Assembly (NCBI GenBank): GCA_000999715.1
Contig: LCGL01000001.1
Coordinates: 259,139 to 323,138, forward strand
Reading direction: 5' to 3'
DNA: 64,000 nucleotides
DNA from: Candidatus Falkowbacteria bacterium GW2011_GWF2_43_32
Lineage (GTDB): Bacteria > Patescibacteriota > Patescibacteriia > Patescibacteriales > UBA12465
Shown here in pieces: positions 1 through 8,702 of this stretch; position 1 is the first letter of the stretch; the number at the start of each line of letters is the position of its first letter. The position numbers were made by a program, and so were the translations under genes. The notes beneath the pieces were generated by a model. The model did not search any database. It had not been told where the DNA came from and worked only from the letters and a program-made list of their open reading frames with translations.

Positions 1-931
1 CAGCCTGATTTATAAAATCTTGCGCGACGCCGGCCGACGCGTTTGGCTCGGCGGCAACATCGGCGTCTCGCCTTTATCGTTTCTGACAAAAATAAAATCG
101 ACCGATTATGTCGTCTTGGAATTATCCAGTTTTCAATTGGAAGATCTGGAATATTCTCCGCGACTATCCGTCATCACCAATCTTTTTCCGGAACATCTGG
201 CGCCGGCCGATCCTCATAATCCCAACTTTCATCGATCGCTGCAAATTTACTGGCGAGCCAAACTGAATATCGCCGTCGGTCCGCAAAATAAATATCTCGT
301 CGCCAACAAAACTTTGGCCACACGTCTGAAAACCGCTCGATTAAAAACCCGGCCGATTTATTTTTCCGCTTCTTCCCTGCCGTCCAAATTGATCGGCGAT
401 TTCAATCGCGAAAATGTCGGTGCCGCCGTGGCCGTCGCCAAAATTTTAAAAATAGCGCCGACGCGTTATCAAAAAACTGTCGCCAATTTTGCCAATCTGG
501 AACATCGCCTGGAACCGGTAGCGACCATTCGCGGCATCAAATATTTCGACAACAGTTTTTCCACGACGCCGGAAAGTACCATCTTGGATCTCCGTTCTTT
601 CCGAGCGCCGATTATTTTAATCGCCGGCGGAGCGGACAAAGGCGCGGATTTTCGAGCGCTAGCCAAAACCATTCGGCAAAAAGTAAAATTTTTGATTCTC
701 TTGGCGGGTCAGGCCACGCCGCGAATCAAACGCGAACTCGCGGCGCAAAAGTTTCCCGCCCAAAAAATGATTACGGTCGACAACATGAAAAAAGCGGTGG
801 CGGTGGCGCGCCGGCAGGCGGACAAAGGCGACATCGTTCTCTTATCCGCGGCCTGCGCCAGCTTCGGAATGTTCAAAAATTACAAAGAAAGAGGAAATTT
901 ATTCCAACAATATGTCAAAACTGGCCAATAA
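1..931 (+). CDS. murD: UDP-N-acetylmuramoylalanine--D-glutamate ligase (MurD), 5' end cut by window edge
   Basis: ORF 20..931 remains open to the window start. Mur-ligase motifs are present (GGNIG, LELSSFQLE, NSFSTTPEST, AGGADKG). It is followed by murI. Confidence 0.85.
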   Translation, partial: SLIYKILRDAGRRVWLGGNIGVSPLSFLTKIKSTDYVVLELSSFQLEDLEYSPRLSVITNLFPEHLAPADPHNPNFHRSLQIYWRAKLNIAVGPQNKYLVANKTLATRLKTARLKTRPIYFSASSLPSKLIGDFNRENVGAAVAVAKILKIAPTRYQKTVANFANLEHRLEPVATIRGIKYFDNSFSTTPESTILDLRSFRAPIILIAGGADKGADFRALAKTIRQKVKFLILLAGQATPRIKRELAAQKFPAQKMITVDNMKKAVAVARRQADKGDIVLLSAACASFGMFKNYKERGNLFQQYVKTGQ

Positions 932-1742
932 AATCGGCTTCTTTGATTCCGGCCTGGGCGGACTGACCATTTTAAAAGATGTTTTGGACAGACAACCGAA
1001 TTACAATTACGTTTATCTGGGCGATAACGCTCGCGTGCCTTATGGAGAAAAATCGCCGGAAACGATTTATAATTATACTCGCGAAGCCGCGGATTTTTTG
1101 TTTGCCGCCGGTTGCAATCTGATAATCATCGCTTGCAATACCGCTTCGGCGCAAGCCCTGCATCGCCTGCAGCAAGAATATCTGCCGCAACATTATCCGG
1201 AACGCCGAATTCTGGGTGTGATTCGTCCTTTGGCGGAAGCAATCGCCAACGATAAAAACATAAAAACCGTGGGCGTCATCGGCACTAAAGCGACTATCGG
1301 TTCCCGCGCCTACGAGATAGAATTGCATAAATTAAATCCGGAACTCAAAGTCGAACAATTGGCGACTCCTCTTCTGGTCCCTTTGATCGAGGAGGGCTGG
1401 GCGGACAAACCGGAAACTAAAATGATTTTAAAAAAATATCTGCGACCCTTGAAAAATAAAAAAATCACGGCGCTGATTCTAGGCTGTACGCATTACCCTT
1501 TTCTGTATCCCTTAATCAAGCGACTGTCCGGACAACGCTTAATCGTGCCGCCGCCGGGAGCCATCGTCGCCGCCAGTTTGGAAAATTATCTGGCGCGCCA
1601 TCCGGAATTGAATCTTCGGCCGGTTGAAAAACCGGAATACTTATACTACACTACCGACGACCCCAAACTATTCCGCGTTCTGGGAGAAAAATTTTTAAAA
1701 CAAGCGATTACCAAGCTGGAAAAAGTTAAAATCACGCCATAA
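912..1742 (+). CDS. murI: glutamate racemase
   Basis: 276 aa. Motifs FFDSGLGGLT, IIACNTAS and LGCTHYP carry the two catalytic Cys contexts of MurI. It overlaps the murD stop by 20 nt. Confidence 0.9.
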   Translation: MSKLANKIGFFDSGLGGLTILKDVLDRQPNYNYVYLGDNARVPYGEKSPETIYNYTREAADFLFAAGCNLIIIACNTASAQALHRLQQEYLPQHYPERRILGVIRPLAEAIANDKNIKTVGVIGTKATIGSRAYEIELHKLNPELKVEQLATPLLVPLIEEGWADKPETKMILKKYLRPLKNKKITALILGCTHYPFLYPLIKRLSGQRLIVPPPGAIVAASLENYLARHPELNLRPVEKPEYLYYTTDDPKLFRVLGEKFLKQAITKLEKVKITP

Positions 1743-1746
1743 TAAA

Positions 1747-2715
1747 ATGATTATTTTCGCTCATGGCGCCGACACCTTCCGTTCGCGCCGCTTTCTGCAA
1801 GAATTGAAAAACAAATTTACCGATCGCGTCGACCCCGGAGCGACGAGTTTAAGCGTGGTTGACGGCCAAACCGCCGATTTGAAAGAAATCAGCGACCAAG
1901 CGAACACCGGTTCGCTATTCGTCAAAAAACGACTGATCGTTATCGAGAACATTTTTAAAAACAAAAAAGAAACCTTGTTTACCGCCTTGCCGGATTATCT
2001 GAAAAAATTTTCCGTTGACGAAGACCGGATTATTATTTTCCGCGACGAGGAATTGAATACTCGCGACAAACCTTTAAAGACCGCCGGAAAAAAGTTGTTC
2101 GTTTTTCTGAGCCAACAACCCTATTCTCAAGAATTCAAACCGCTGACCGGTAACCAATTACTGTCTTTCCTTAAAAAAGAAACCGCACAATACAAAAAAG
2201 ATATTAGCGCGCCGGCCGCTTTGCGGTTGATAGAGTTGGCCGACGGCGATTTGTGGACGATCGCCGGCGAACTTAAAAAACTGGCTTTTCGCGTTACCGC
2301 GCCGACCATTGAGCGGGCGGATGTCGACGAAATGGTCGCCGGGTCCTTCAACGAAAATATTTTCGCTTTAACCGATGCGTGGAGCGTCAAAAACAAAAAA
2401 TTGGCCGCCGGATTGCTGGAAGAACAATATGCCGCCGGATTGGGCGACGAATATTTGCTAACCATGCTCATTCGTCAATTTAAAATTCTCCTGCAAATTC
2501 GCTCCGCCCTGGACACGAAAATGAATCCGGGAGAGATGCCCCTCGCGTTGAAACTACACCCCTTTGTCGTAAAAAAAGGAATCGGCCAAGCCGGAAATTT
2601 TTCCCAAGCCGTCTTAAAAGATTATTTGAATCGCTTGATCCGTTTGGACTTTTTAAACAAAACCGGCGGCGGCAACATCAAAACCGAGCTAATATTGCTC
2701 ATTTCCGGCCTATAA
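1747..2715 (+). CDS. holA: DNA polymerase III delta subunit (HolA-like)
   Basis: 322 aa. Length and overall pattern are typical of HolA. This is a family-level recognition only. Confidence 0.55.
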   Translation: MIIFAHGADTFRSRRFLQELKNKFTDRVDPGATSLSVVDGQTADLKEISDQANTGSLFVKKRLIVIENIFKNKKETLFTALPDYLKKFSVDEDRIIIFRDEELNTRDKPLKTAGKKLFVFLSQQPYSQEFKPLTGNQLLSFLKKETAQYKKDISAPAALRLIELADGDLWTIAGELKKLAFRVTAPTIERADVDEMVAGSFNENIFALTDAWSVKNKKLAAGLLEEQYAAGLGDEYLLTMLIRQFKILLQIRSALDTKMNPGEMPLALKLHPFVVKKGIGQAGNFSQAVLKDYLNRLIRLDFLNKTGGGNIKTELILLISGL

Positions 2716-2719
2716 TCTC

Positions 2720-2748
2720 TTGCCTTTTTATTTATTATTTGTTATAGT
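2720..2748 (+). promoter_or_regulatory. putative sigma70-type promoter for the tRNA cluster
   Basis: TTGCCT, 17-nt spacer, then TGtTATAGT (extended -10), about 50 nt upstream of tRNA-Ile. Confidence 0.4.
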
Positions 2749-2798
2749 CTTGGCAGTATTTTTTATTTTGAAAAGAAAAATTTAATTATGGCAATCAC

Positions 2799-2872
2799 GG
2801 GCAATTAGCTCAGTTGGTTAGAGCGCAACACTGATAATGTTGAGGTCGGTGGTTCGAATCCACCATTGCCCA
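2799..2872 (+). tRNA. tRNA-Ile (GAU)
   Basis: Cloverleaf folded by eye: acceptor GGGCAAT/ATTGCCC, anticodon stem CAACA/TGTTG with loop CTGATAA, T arm GGTGG-TTCGAAT-CCACC. CCA is not encoded. Confidence 0.9.
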
Positions 2873-2882
2873 CGTAAATCAT

Positions 2883-2955
2883 AGCGGGGTAGAGCAGTTG
2901 GCAGCTCGCCAGGCCCATAACCTGGAGGTCGTCGGTTCGAGTCCGACCCCCGCAA
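2883..2955 (+). tRNA. tRNA-Met (CAU), initiator-like
   Basis: Aligns almost position for position with E. coli tRNA-fMet as I recall it (xGCGGGG..GAGCAG..GCUCG..CAUAA..AGGUCGUCGGUUCxAxUCCGxCCCCCGCAA). The 1:72 position is unpaired (A1/A72). Anticodon loop is CCCAUAA. Confidence 0.8.
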
Positions 2956-2971
2956 CTTTTTTTAAAAATCT

Positions 2972-3046
2972 GCCTCGGTAGCTCAGTGGTAGAGCAAACG
3001 ACTGAAAATCGTTGTGTCGTCAGTTCGATTCTGACCCGAGGCACCA
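2972..3046 (+). tRNA. tRNA-Phe (GAA)
   Basis: Acceptor GCCTCGG/CCGAGGC, anticodon loop CTGAAAA, T arm GTCAG-TTCGATT-CTGAC. CCA is encoded. Confidence 0.9.
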
Positions 3047-3058
3047 GATGAAGCGCCT

Positions 3059-3133
3059 CGGGGTGTGGCCCAGTTGGTCTAAGGCGTCTGGTTTGGGACC
3101 AGAAGATCGTGAGTTCAAATCTCACCACCCCGA
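3059..3133 (+). tRNA. tRNA-Pro (UGG)
   Basis: Acceptor CGGGGTG/CACCCCG, anticodon stem TCTGG/CCAGA with loop TTTGGGA, T arm GTGAG-TTCAAAT-CTCAC. Confidence 0.9.
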
Positions 3134-3139
3134 CATCAG

Positions 3140-3170
3140 AACTGTCCGGAAAGTACAGTTTTTTTATTTT
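3140..3170 (+). terminator. intrinsic terminator after the tRNA cluster
   Basis: Stem AACTGT/ACAGTT followed by TTTTTATTTT. Confidence 0.6.
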
Positions 3171-3224
3171 AAAGAACAATTTCGGACAAGGGCCGACCGA
3201 AGCGCCGAGCCCCCAAGTCACCCC

Positions 3225-3253
3225 TTGATTTTTATTTATTATTATGTTAATAT
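3225..3253 (+). promoter_or_regulatory. putative promoter of rpsT
   Basis: TTGATT, 17-nt spacer, then TGtTAATAT, about 40 nt upstream of the rpsT ATG. Confidence 0.45.
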
Positions 3254-3292
3254 CAGAATACTTTATTAATAAACTTATTTTAGAAACCGACT

Positions 3293-3553
3293 ATGCCAAA
3301 CAAGAAATCGGCGGCAAAAGAGCTGCGCAAATCAATCAAAAGAAACGCCGCCAATAAAAAAGCGTCCAGCCAGCTGAAAAGTTTGATAAAATCCAATCTC
3401 AAACAACTTAAAGGAGGCGATAAAAAAGTCAAAGAAGACATCGTCAAGACCATTAAAGCCTTGGATAAGGCGGTTAAGAAAGGTATTTTGAAAAAAAATA
3501 CCGCCGGTCGCCGCAAATCGCTTTTAATGAAAAAAATCAACGTTTTGAAATAA
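3293..3553 (+). CDS. rpsT: 30S ribosomal protein S20
   Basis: 86 aa, basic. N-terminus MPNKKSAAKELRKSIKRN is typical of S20. Confidence 0.9.
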   Translation: MPNKKSAAKELRKSIKRNAANKKASSQLKSLIKSNLKQLKGGDKKVKEDIVKTIKALDKAVKKGILKKNTAGRRKSLLMKKINVLK

Positions 3554-3643
3554 ACGTTTCTTATAATTTAACGCACTTCTTCTGGGATACGGCCGCCAAG
3601 CAACAAGAATTTCGGACCGTTTCTCGGACAAAGCGCCAACACT

Positions 3644-4018
3644 ATGTTAGACAAAAAAACCAAAGAAAGAATCATTAAAAAATTCCGGGTCCATGACACC
3701 GACACCGGTTCTCCTCAGGTGCAAATTGCCATTCTGACCGAAGAAATCAAAGAGCTGACCGATCATTTGAAAAATCATAAGCATGACTTCTCTTCTCGTC
3801 GCGGTTTGTTGAAAAAAGTCGGCGAAAGACGCAAGCTGTTGAAATATTTACAAAAAGAAAGCGAAGCGGAATTCCGGGAGCTGGCGGAAAAACTGAAACT
3901 GAAAATCACGAAAAAAATGGAAGAAGACGAGCTGGAGGAAAAGAAAAAAGAAAAAAATTACGTTGAACCGGAAGAAGAGGGCGCGGAAATTAAAGACGGC
4001 CCGGAAGAAGAAAAATAA
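3644..4018 (+). CDS. rpsO: 30S ribosomal protein S15 with acidic C-terminal extension
   Basis: The S15 core ([48 protein letters not shown]) is followed by about 35 extra E/K-rich residues. Confidence 0.9.
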   Translation: MLDKKTKERIIKKFRVHDTDTGSPQVQIAILTEEIKELTDHLKNHKHDFSSRRGLLKKVGERRKLLKYLQKESEAEFRELAEKLKLKITKKMEEDELEEKKKEKNYVEPEEEGAEIKDGPEEEK

Positions 4019-4023
4019 TTATT

Positions 4024-4527
4024 ATGATCAAACATAAAGAGCAACGTGTCGGAATTTTGGTGGATGTTTCCAACATGTATCATTCCGCCAAAAACCTATA
4101 CAACAAAAAGGTAAACTTCAAAGAGATTCTCATCAAAGCGGTGGCCGGAAGAAAATTAATTCGCGCGACGGCTTATGCCATTCGCACCGAAAACAAAGAA
4201 GAATCGCCATTTTTGGAGGCGCTGAGCCAGCAAGGTTTTGAAGTCAAAATGAAAGATTTGCAAATTTTTGCCGGTGGCGCCAAGAAGGGCGATTGGGACG
4301 TGGGCATCGCCATTGACGCCATCAAGTTGGCGGACAAATTGGATGTCATTGTTTTGGTTTCCGGCGACGGCGATTATTTGCCGCTGGTTTCCTATCTGCA
4401 AAACAACAAAGGTTGTTTGGTGGAAATAATGGCCTTTGACAAAACCTGTTCCGCCAAATTGATAGAAGAGTCCGATGATTTCACGGATCTCGGCAGCAGC
4501 AAAAAATTCTTAATTTACAATCACTAA
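4024..4527 (+). CDS. NYN-domain (LabA-like) putative RNase
   Basis: 167 aa. The pattern GILVDVSNMYHSAKN ... VLVSGDGDYLPLV is typical of NYN/LabA nucleases. It lies between rpsO and pnp. Confidence 0.7.
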   Translation: MIKHKEQRVGILVDVSNMYHSAKNLYNKKVNFKEILIKAVAGRKLIRATAYAIRTENKEESPFLEALSQQGFEVKMKDLQIFAGGAKKGDWDVGIAIDAIKLADKLDVIVLVSGDGDYLPLVSYLQNNKGCLVEIMAFDKTCSAKLIEESDDFTDLGSSKKFLIYNH

Positions 4528-4565
4528 GATCAATCAAGAACTTTAATTAAACACTAAGATTTTGA

Positions 4566-4614
4566 CCGTTAAATAGATAGCGCTGTATGCTAATACAGTT
4601 CTGTAATTTAACGG
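4566..4614 (+). promoter_or_regulatory. long stem-loop in the pnp 5' leader
   Basis: Outer stem CCGTTAAAT (4566-4574) pairs with ATTTAACGG (4606-4614). Inner stem CTGTAT/ATACAG has loop GCTA. It ends 17 nt before the pnp ATG. Confidence 0.4.
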
Positions 4615-4631
4615 CCAAAGCACACAAAATT

Positions 4632-6905
4632 ATGGAAAAAGTATTTTCGGGAGATTGGCTTGGCCGCCCTCTCACTATTAAAACCGGACATGTCGCCAAA
4701 CAGGCCGATGCGGCCGTTTGGGTTCAATACGGCGAAACTGTGGTACAAGCCACGGTTGTTCAAGCTAAAACCGAACGGGCGGGAATTGAATTTTTTCCGC
4801 TCATGGTTGATTTCGAAGAAAAATTATATGCCGCCGGCATTATCAAAGGTTCTCGCTGGATCAAACGCGAGGGCCGACCGACCGATCAGTCGGTTTTGAC
4901 CGGTCGCATGGTTGACCGCTCCATCCGCCCCTTGTTCACTCCCGGCGACAACCGCGATATCCAGGTGATCATTACTGTTTTAGCAGTCGATCAAGAAAAC
5001 GATTACGACGTCGTCGCCCTGATTGCCGCTTCGGCGGCTTTGTCCATTTCCGGTTTAAACTGGAACGGACCGATCAGTTGCGTGCGCGTCGGCTTGATTG
5101 AAGATAAATTCGTTTTCAATCCGACCTACGAAGAACAATTGAAAAGTTCTTTGGACCTCATCGTAGCCGGTACGGACAAGAAAGTAATCATGATTGAAGC
5201 CGGAGCCAACGAAATTTCGGAGGATATCATGTTGAAGGCGATTATCGCCGGTCAAAAAGAAATGCAAGGAGCGCTTCAAGTCATCAACGAATTGAAAAAG
5301 AATATCACTCCGAAAATCAAAGCGGCCGCGGTTAAACAATCGACGGACGCGGCGATTTTGGAAACCGAAAAGAAAAACAAGGAACTGTTGAAACTGGGCG
5401 AAGATTGGTTGACCGCCAACATCAAGAATATTCTGTTCGATAAAGTTTATTATTCCAAAGGCGAACGCAAGGCCGCCGTTACGGCCATCAAAGAACAATT
5501 GAACGAATATCTGACCGCTCAGAATATTGACGGCGAACAACGTTCCAATATCGTTAAAAAAACCGTCGAAAAGGCAATTGATGCCGAAGTCACTCGCGCG
5601 ATTATAGAAGAAAAGCGTCGCGTTGACGGTCGGGCCCTAGACGAAATTCGGCCTTTATCGGCCGAAGTGGCGGTATTACCGCGCGATCACGGCACTTCAT
5701 TATTTTCTCGCGGCGAAACGCAGGTAATGTGCATCGTCACCTTGGGCGCTCCCGGATTGGAACAATCTTTGGAGGGCATTGAAGGACAAAGCAAAAAAAG
5801 ATACATGCATCATTATAATTTTCCGCCCTATTCCGTCGGCGAAACTTCGCCTTTGCGCGGCACCGGTCGTCGTGAAATCGGCCATGGCGCTTTGGCGGAA
5901 AAGGCTTTATTGCCGATGATCCCCACTAAAGAAGACTTCCCTTACGCCGTCCGTCTGGTCAGCGAAACTCTCGGTTCCAACGGCTCTTCTTCCATGGCCG
6001 CCACCTGCGCCTCCACTTTAGCCTTGATGGACGCCGGCGTACCGATTAAAAAACCGGTTGTCGGCATTGCCATGGGCTTGGCCTCCGATAAGACCTTGAG
6101 CCATTGGGAGGTTTTGACCGATATCCAAGATTTGGAAGACGGCGAAGGCGGTATGGATTTCAAAATTACCGGCACCGATGCCGGCTTGACCGCCATTCAA
6201 TTAGACACTAAAACCGACGGCTTGACCGAAGAGATAATCGCCAAAACCCTGACGCAAGGACGCGACGCTCTCAATCAAATTTTGGCTGTCGTTCTTAAAG
6301 CCCTGCCCGCTCCCCGCGCCGAGCTGTCCAAATACGCACCGCGCCTGGTGAGCTTTACGGTCGATCCGGAAAAAATCGGTGCCATTATCGGTCCCGGCGG
6401 AAAAGTTATCAATCGCATTATTGACGAAACCGGAGTCAGCATTGATATCGAAGACAGCGGTCTGGTGATGATTTGCGGCACGGATGCGGCCAAAGTTGAC
6501 GAGGCTGTCCGCCAAGTCAAAGAAATCGTTCATGTTTTCGCGGCCGGTGAAATCGTTAAAGGCAAAGTTGTCCGGCTCTTGGATTTCGGCGCTTTCGTTT
6601 CCTTGAATGCCAGCCAAGACGGGATGGTTCATGTGAGCGAATTAGCCCCTTATCGCATTGAAAAACCGAGCGACTTCTTGACGGTCGGCGATATGGTAAC
6701 CGTTAAAATCAAAGAAATCGACGATCAGGGACGAGTTAACCTGACCATGAAAGGATTGGAAGAAAATGCCGATTTGTGGAAAGAAGAAAAAGGCAAATCC
6801 AACGGCAGTTCCTTCGGCGGCGCTCGTCCGAGCTTCGGCTCTAACGGACGCGGCGGTGCCGGACACGGTCCCAGTCGACCGAGCCGCTTCGGTGGTCGCC
6901 GTTAA
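4632..6905 (+). CDS. pnp: polynucleotide phosphorylase with Gly/Arg-rich C-terminal tail
   Basis: Two RNase PH domains, a KH domain (IGPGGKVINRI) and an S1 domain. The start is set at the ATG at 4632 (MEKVFSG), because the longer ORF from 4587 begins inside the leader hairpin. The tail reads GSSFGGARPSFGSNGRGGAGHGPSRPSRFGGRR. Confidence 0.95.
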   Translation: MEKVFSGDWLGRPLTIKTGHVAKQADAAVWVQYGETVVQATVVQAKTERAGIEFFPLMVDFEEKLYAAGIIKGSRWIKREGRPTDQSVLTGRMVDRSIRPLFTPGDNRDIQVIITVLAVDQENDYDVVALIAASAALSISGLNWNGPISCVRVGLIEDKFVFNPTYEEQLKSSLDLIVAGTDKKVIMIEAGANEISEDIMLKAIIAGQKEMQGALQVINELKKNITPKIKAAAVKQSTDAAILETEKKNKELLKLGEDWLTANIKNILFDKVYYSKGERKAAVTAIKEQLNEYLTAQNIDGEQRSNIVKKTVEKAIDAEVTRAIIEEKRRVDGRALDEIRPLSAEVAVLPRDHGTSLFSRGETQVMCIVTLGAPGLEQSLEGIEGQSKKRYMHHYNFPPYSVGETSPLRGTGRREIGHGALAEKALLPMIPTKEDFPYAVRLVSETLGSNGSSSMAATCASTLALMDAGVPIKKPVVGIAMGLASDKTLSHWEVLTDIQDLEDGEGGMDFKITGTDAGLTAIQLDTKTDGLTEEIIAKTLTQGRDALNQILAVVLKALPAPRAELSKYAPRLVSFTVDPEKIGAIIGPGGKVINRIIDETGVSIDIEDSGLVMICGTDAAKVDEAVRQVKEIVHVFAAGEIVKGKVVRLLDFGAFVSLNASQDGMVHVSELAPYRIEKPSDFLTVGDMVTVKIKEIDDQGRVNLTMKGLEENADLWKEEKGKSNGSSFGGARPSFGSNGRGGAGHGPSRPSRFGGRR

Positions 6906-6921
6906 GCCGATTAAACCGATA

Positions 6922-6950
6922 TTGACTTCTTGCCGAACTTAAGCTAATAT
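6922..6950 (+). promoter_or_regulatory. putative promoter of the rpsP operon
   Basis: TTGACT, 17-nt spacer, TAATAT, 30 nt upstream of the rpsP ATG. Confidence 0.5.
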
Positions 6951-6979
6951 TTTTCAATATAAATAACCCTGGAAAAACT

Positions 6980-7420
6980 ATGCTAGTAATTAAATTATCA
7001 AAAACAGGAAAAACCAATAAGAAAATGTTTCGTTTGGTTATCCTGGAAAAAGGACGCGATCCGTATGGAGATTTCTTAGAAAACCTCGGTTTTTATAATC
7101 CTCATACCAAAGAATTGAAAACCAAGCCCGAAAGAATAAAATATTGGTTATCCAAAGGGGCGCAAATGACCAAAACCATCAATAATCTTCTGGTCGGAGA
7201 AAAAATCATTGACGGCCAAAAGATAGTGATCGCCAAAGTCAGCAAGCCAAGCGAAAAACGTTTGGCGCAAGCGAAAGCCAAGGCCGACAAAAAGGCCGCG
7301 CCGGTAAGCGCTCCGGCCGAATCCGCCAGTGAAGCGCCGACGGAAGAGACGCCGGAAGCGGCGACGGAAGCTCCGGCTGAAACTCCGGCTGAAACTCCGA
7401 CAGAAACTCCGACAGAATAG
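6980..7420 (+). CDS. rpsP: 30S ribosomal protein S16 with Ala/Glu/Thr/Pro-rich C-terminal extension
   Basis: The S16 core (MLVIKLSKTGKTNKKMFRLVILEKGRDPYGDFLENLGFYNP) is followed by about 55 extra residues. The extension ends in 12-nt tandem repeats encoding AETP AETP TETP TE. Confidence 0.9.
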   Translation: MLVIKLSKTGKTNKKMFRLVILEKGRDPYGDFLENLGFYNPHTKELKTKPERIKYWLSKGAQMTKTINNLLVGEKIIDGQKIVIAKVSKPSEKRLAQAKAKADKKAAPVSAPAESASEAPTEETPEAATEAPAETPAETPTETPTE

Positions 7421-7550
7421 GTTTAAAAGCATCTTGACAAATCAAAGAAAAGTGTTATAATCACTAAATAAGGCTGCTCAAGTGGCAGTTATTTAATAAA
7501 ATTTCTTTCTGTTTTCAACGGTTATAAACCGTTAAAAATTTGAAAGACGA

Positions 7551-7886
7551 ATGAAAACTATGGTAGAACAAGACAAAGAGTTCTTGGAATTCGTGGTAAA
7601 GAGCATCGTCGGCAATCCGAACGATGTCGCGGTAGATCGGACGATTGATGAAAGAGGCGTTCTGTTGACCCTCAAAACCAATCCGGCCGACATGGGTTAC
7701 GTGATCGGTCGCAAAGGACAAACCGCGCAATCTATTCGCACCTTGCTGAAAATTATCGGCGCCAAGAATAACTCCCGTGTCAATTTGAAAATCTATGACC
7801 CGGAAGGCGGCGCTCATCGCAGTGCCCCTCGTCGAGACGAGCGCGAAGATGTGGATACTTCCGCGATTGACGACTTAAAAATCTAA
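7551..7886 (+). CDS. KH-domain RNA-binding protein (YlqC/UPF0109 family)
   Basis: Motif GYVIGRKGQTAQSIRTLLK. The position between rpsP and trmD matches the classical rpsP-ylqC-(rimM)-trmD operon. Confidence 0.8.
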   Translation: MKTMVEQDKEFLEFVVKSIVGNPNDVAVDRTIDERGVLLTLKTNPADMGYVIGRKGQTAQSIRTLLKIIGAKNNSRVNLKIYDPEGGAHRSAPRRDEREDVDTSAIDDLKI

Positions 7887-7900
7887 ATACTTGAATAAAC

Positions 7901-7931
7901 AAAAAAGTCCGTGTCAAAAACGGACTTTTTT
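7901..7931 (+). terminator. intrinsic terminator between the KH-protein gene and trmD
   Basis: AAAAAAGTCCG pairs with CGGACTTTTTT (stem GTCCG/CGGAC flanked by A and T runs). Confidence 0.6.
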
Positions 7932-7939
7932 GATATAAT
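7931..7939 (+). promoter_or_regulatory. extended -10 element (TGATATAAT) ahead of trmD
   Basis: TGaTATAAT lies immediately after the terminator, 7 nt before the trmD ATG. This suggests a very short or absent leader. Confidence 0.35.
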
Positions 7940-7945
7940 AATCTT

Positions 7946-8620
7946 ATGAAATTCCATCTGCTGACCATTTTCCCCGCCATCTTTGACTCTTACCTCAACG
8001 AGAGTATTTTAAAGCGCGCTCAAAACAAAAAAATCGTTAAATTTCAAATCCATAATCTTCGCGACTGGACTAAAGATCGCCACAGAACGGTGGATGACGC
8101 CCCTTATGGCGGCGGTGCCGGCATGCTCATGAAAATTGAACCGCTTTACGACGCTCTGAACGACATCAAAAAACTGAACAAGAAAATCCGGCCGACAAAG
8201 CGCAAAATCATTCTTTTATCTGCCGCCGGAAAAACCTGGACTCAAAAATCGGCGCAGAAACATGCCAACTTGGAAGAAGTCATTTTAATTTGCGGACGTT
8301 ATGAAGGCGTGGACGCGCGGTTGAAAAAATTTATCGATGAAGAAATATCGGTCGGCGATTACGTTCTGACCGGCGGCGAATTGCCGGCGTTGACCGTCAT
8401 TGATTCCATTGTCCGTCTCCTCCCGGGAGTACTGGGCAATGAAAACAGCATTATTGAAGAATCGCACGCCACCGCAGGCGTCACCGAATACCCGCAATAT
8501 ACGCGACCGGCCGTTTTCACGATCGGCCGGAAAAAGTACTCCGTTCCCAAGATACTGCTCTCCGGCGATCCTAAAAAAATTAAAGCCTGGCAAGACAAAC
8601 AACAAAAGAAAGTGAAATAA
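7946..8620 (+). CDS. trmD: tRNA (guanine37-N1)-methyltransferase
   Basis: 224 aa. Motifs PYGGGAGM, ICGRYEGVDAR and LTGGELPA are TrmD hallmarks. Confidence 0.95.
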   Translation: MKFHLLTIFPAIFDSYLNESILKRAQNKKIVKFQIHNLRDWTKDRHRTVDDAPYGGGAGMLMKIEPLYDALNDIKKLNKKIRPTKRKIILLSAAGKTWTQKSAQKHANLEEVILICGRYEGVDARLKKFIDEEISVGDYVLTGGELPALTVIDSIVRLLPGVLGNENSIIEESHATAGVTEYPQYTRPAVFTIGRKKYSVPKILLSGDPKKIKAWQDKQQKKVK

Positions 8621-8622
8621 AT

Positions 8623-8649
8623 AAAAATCGGAATCAATTCCGATTTTTT
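8623..8649. terminator. bidirectional terminator between convergent trmD and the DHH gene
   Basis: AAAAATCGGAAT..ATTCCGATTTTTT, a palindromic stem with an A run and a T run. Confidence 0.6.
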
Positions 8650-8702
8650 ATAACCGCTCTCCGACCGAACAATCAAGCGATTGACGACAAGTAAAATTAT
8701 TT

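Noticed and set aside
2805-3269. ORFs 2805-3221 (-) and 3012-3269 (+).
   Set aside because: They are read straight through the four-tRNA cluster. The peptides (for example ...GFEPPTSTLSVLRSNQLS) are typical translations of tRNA genes.
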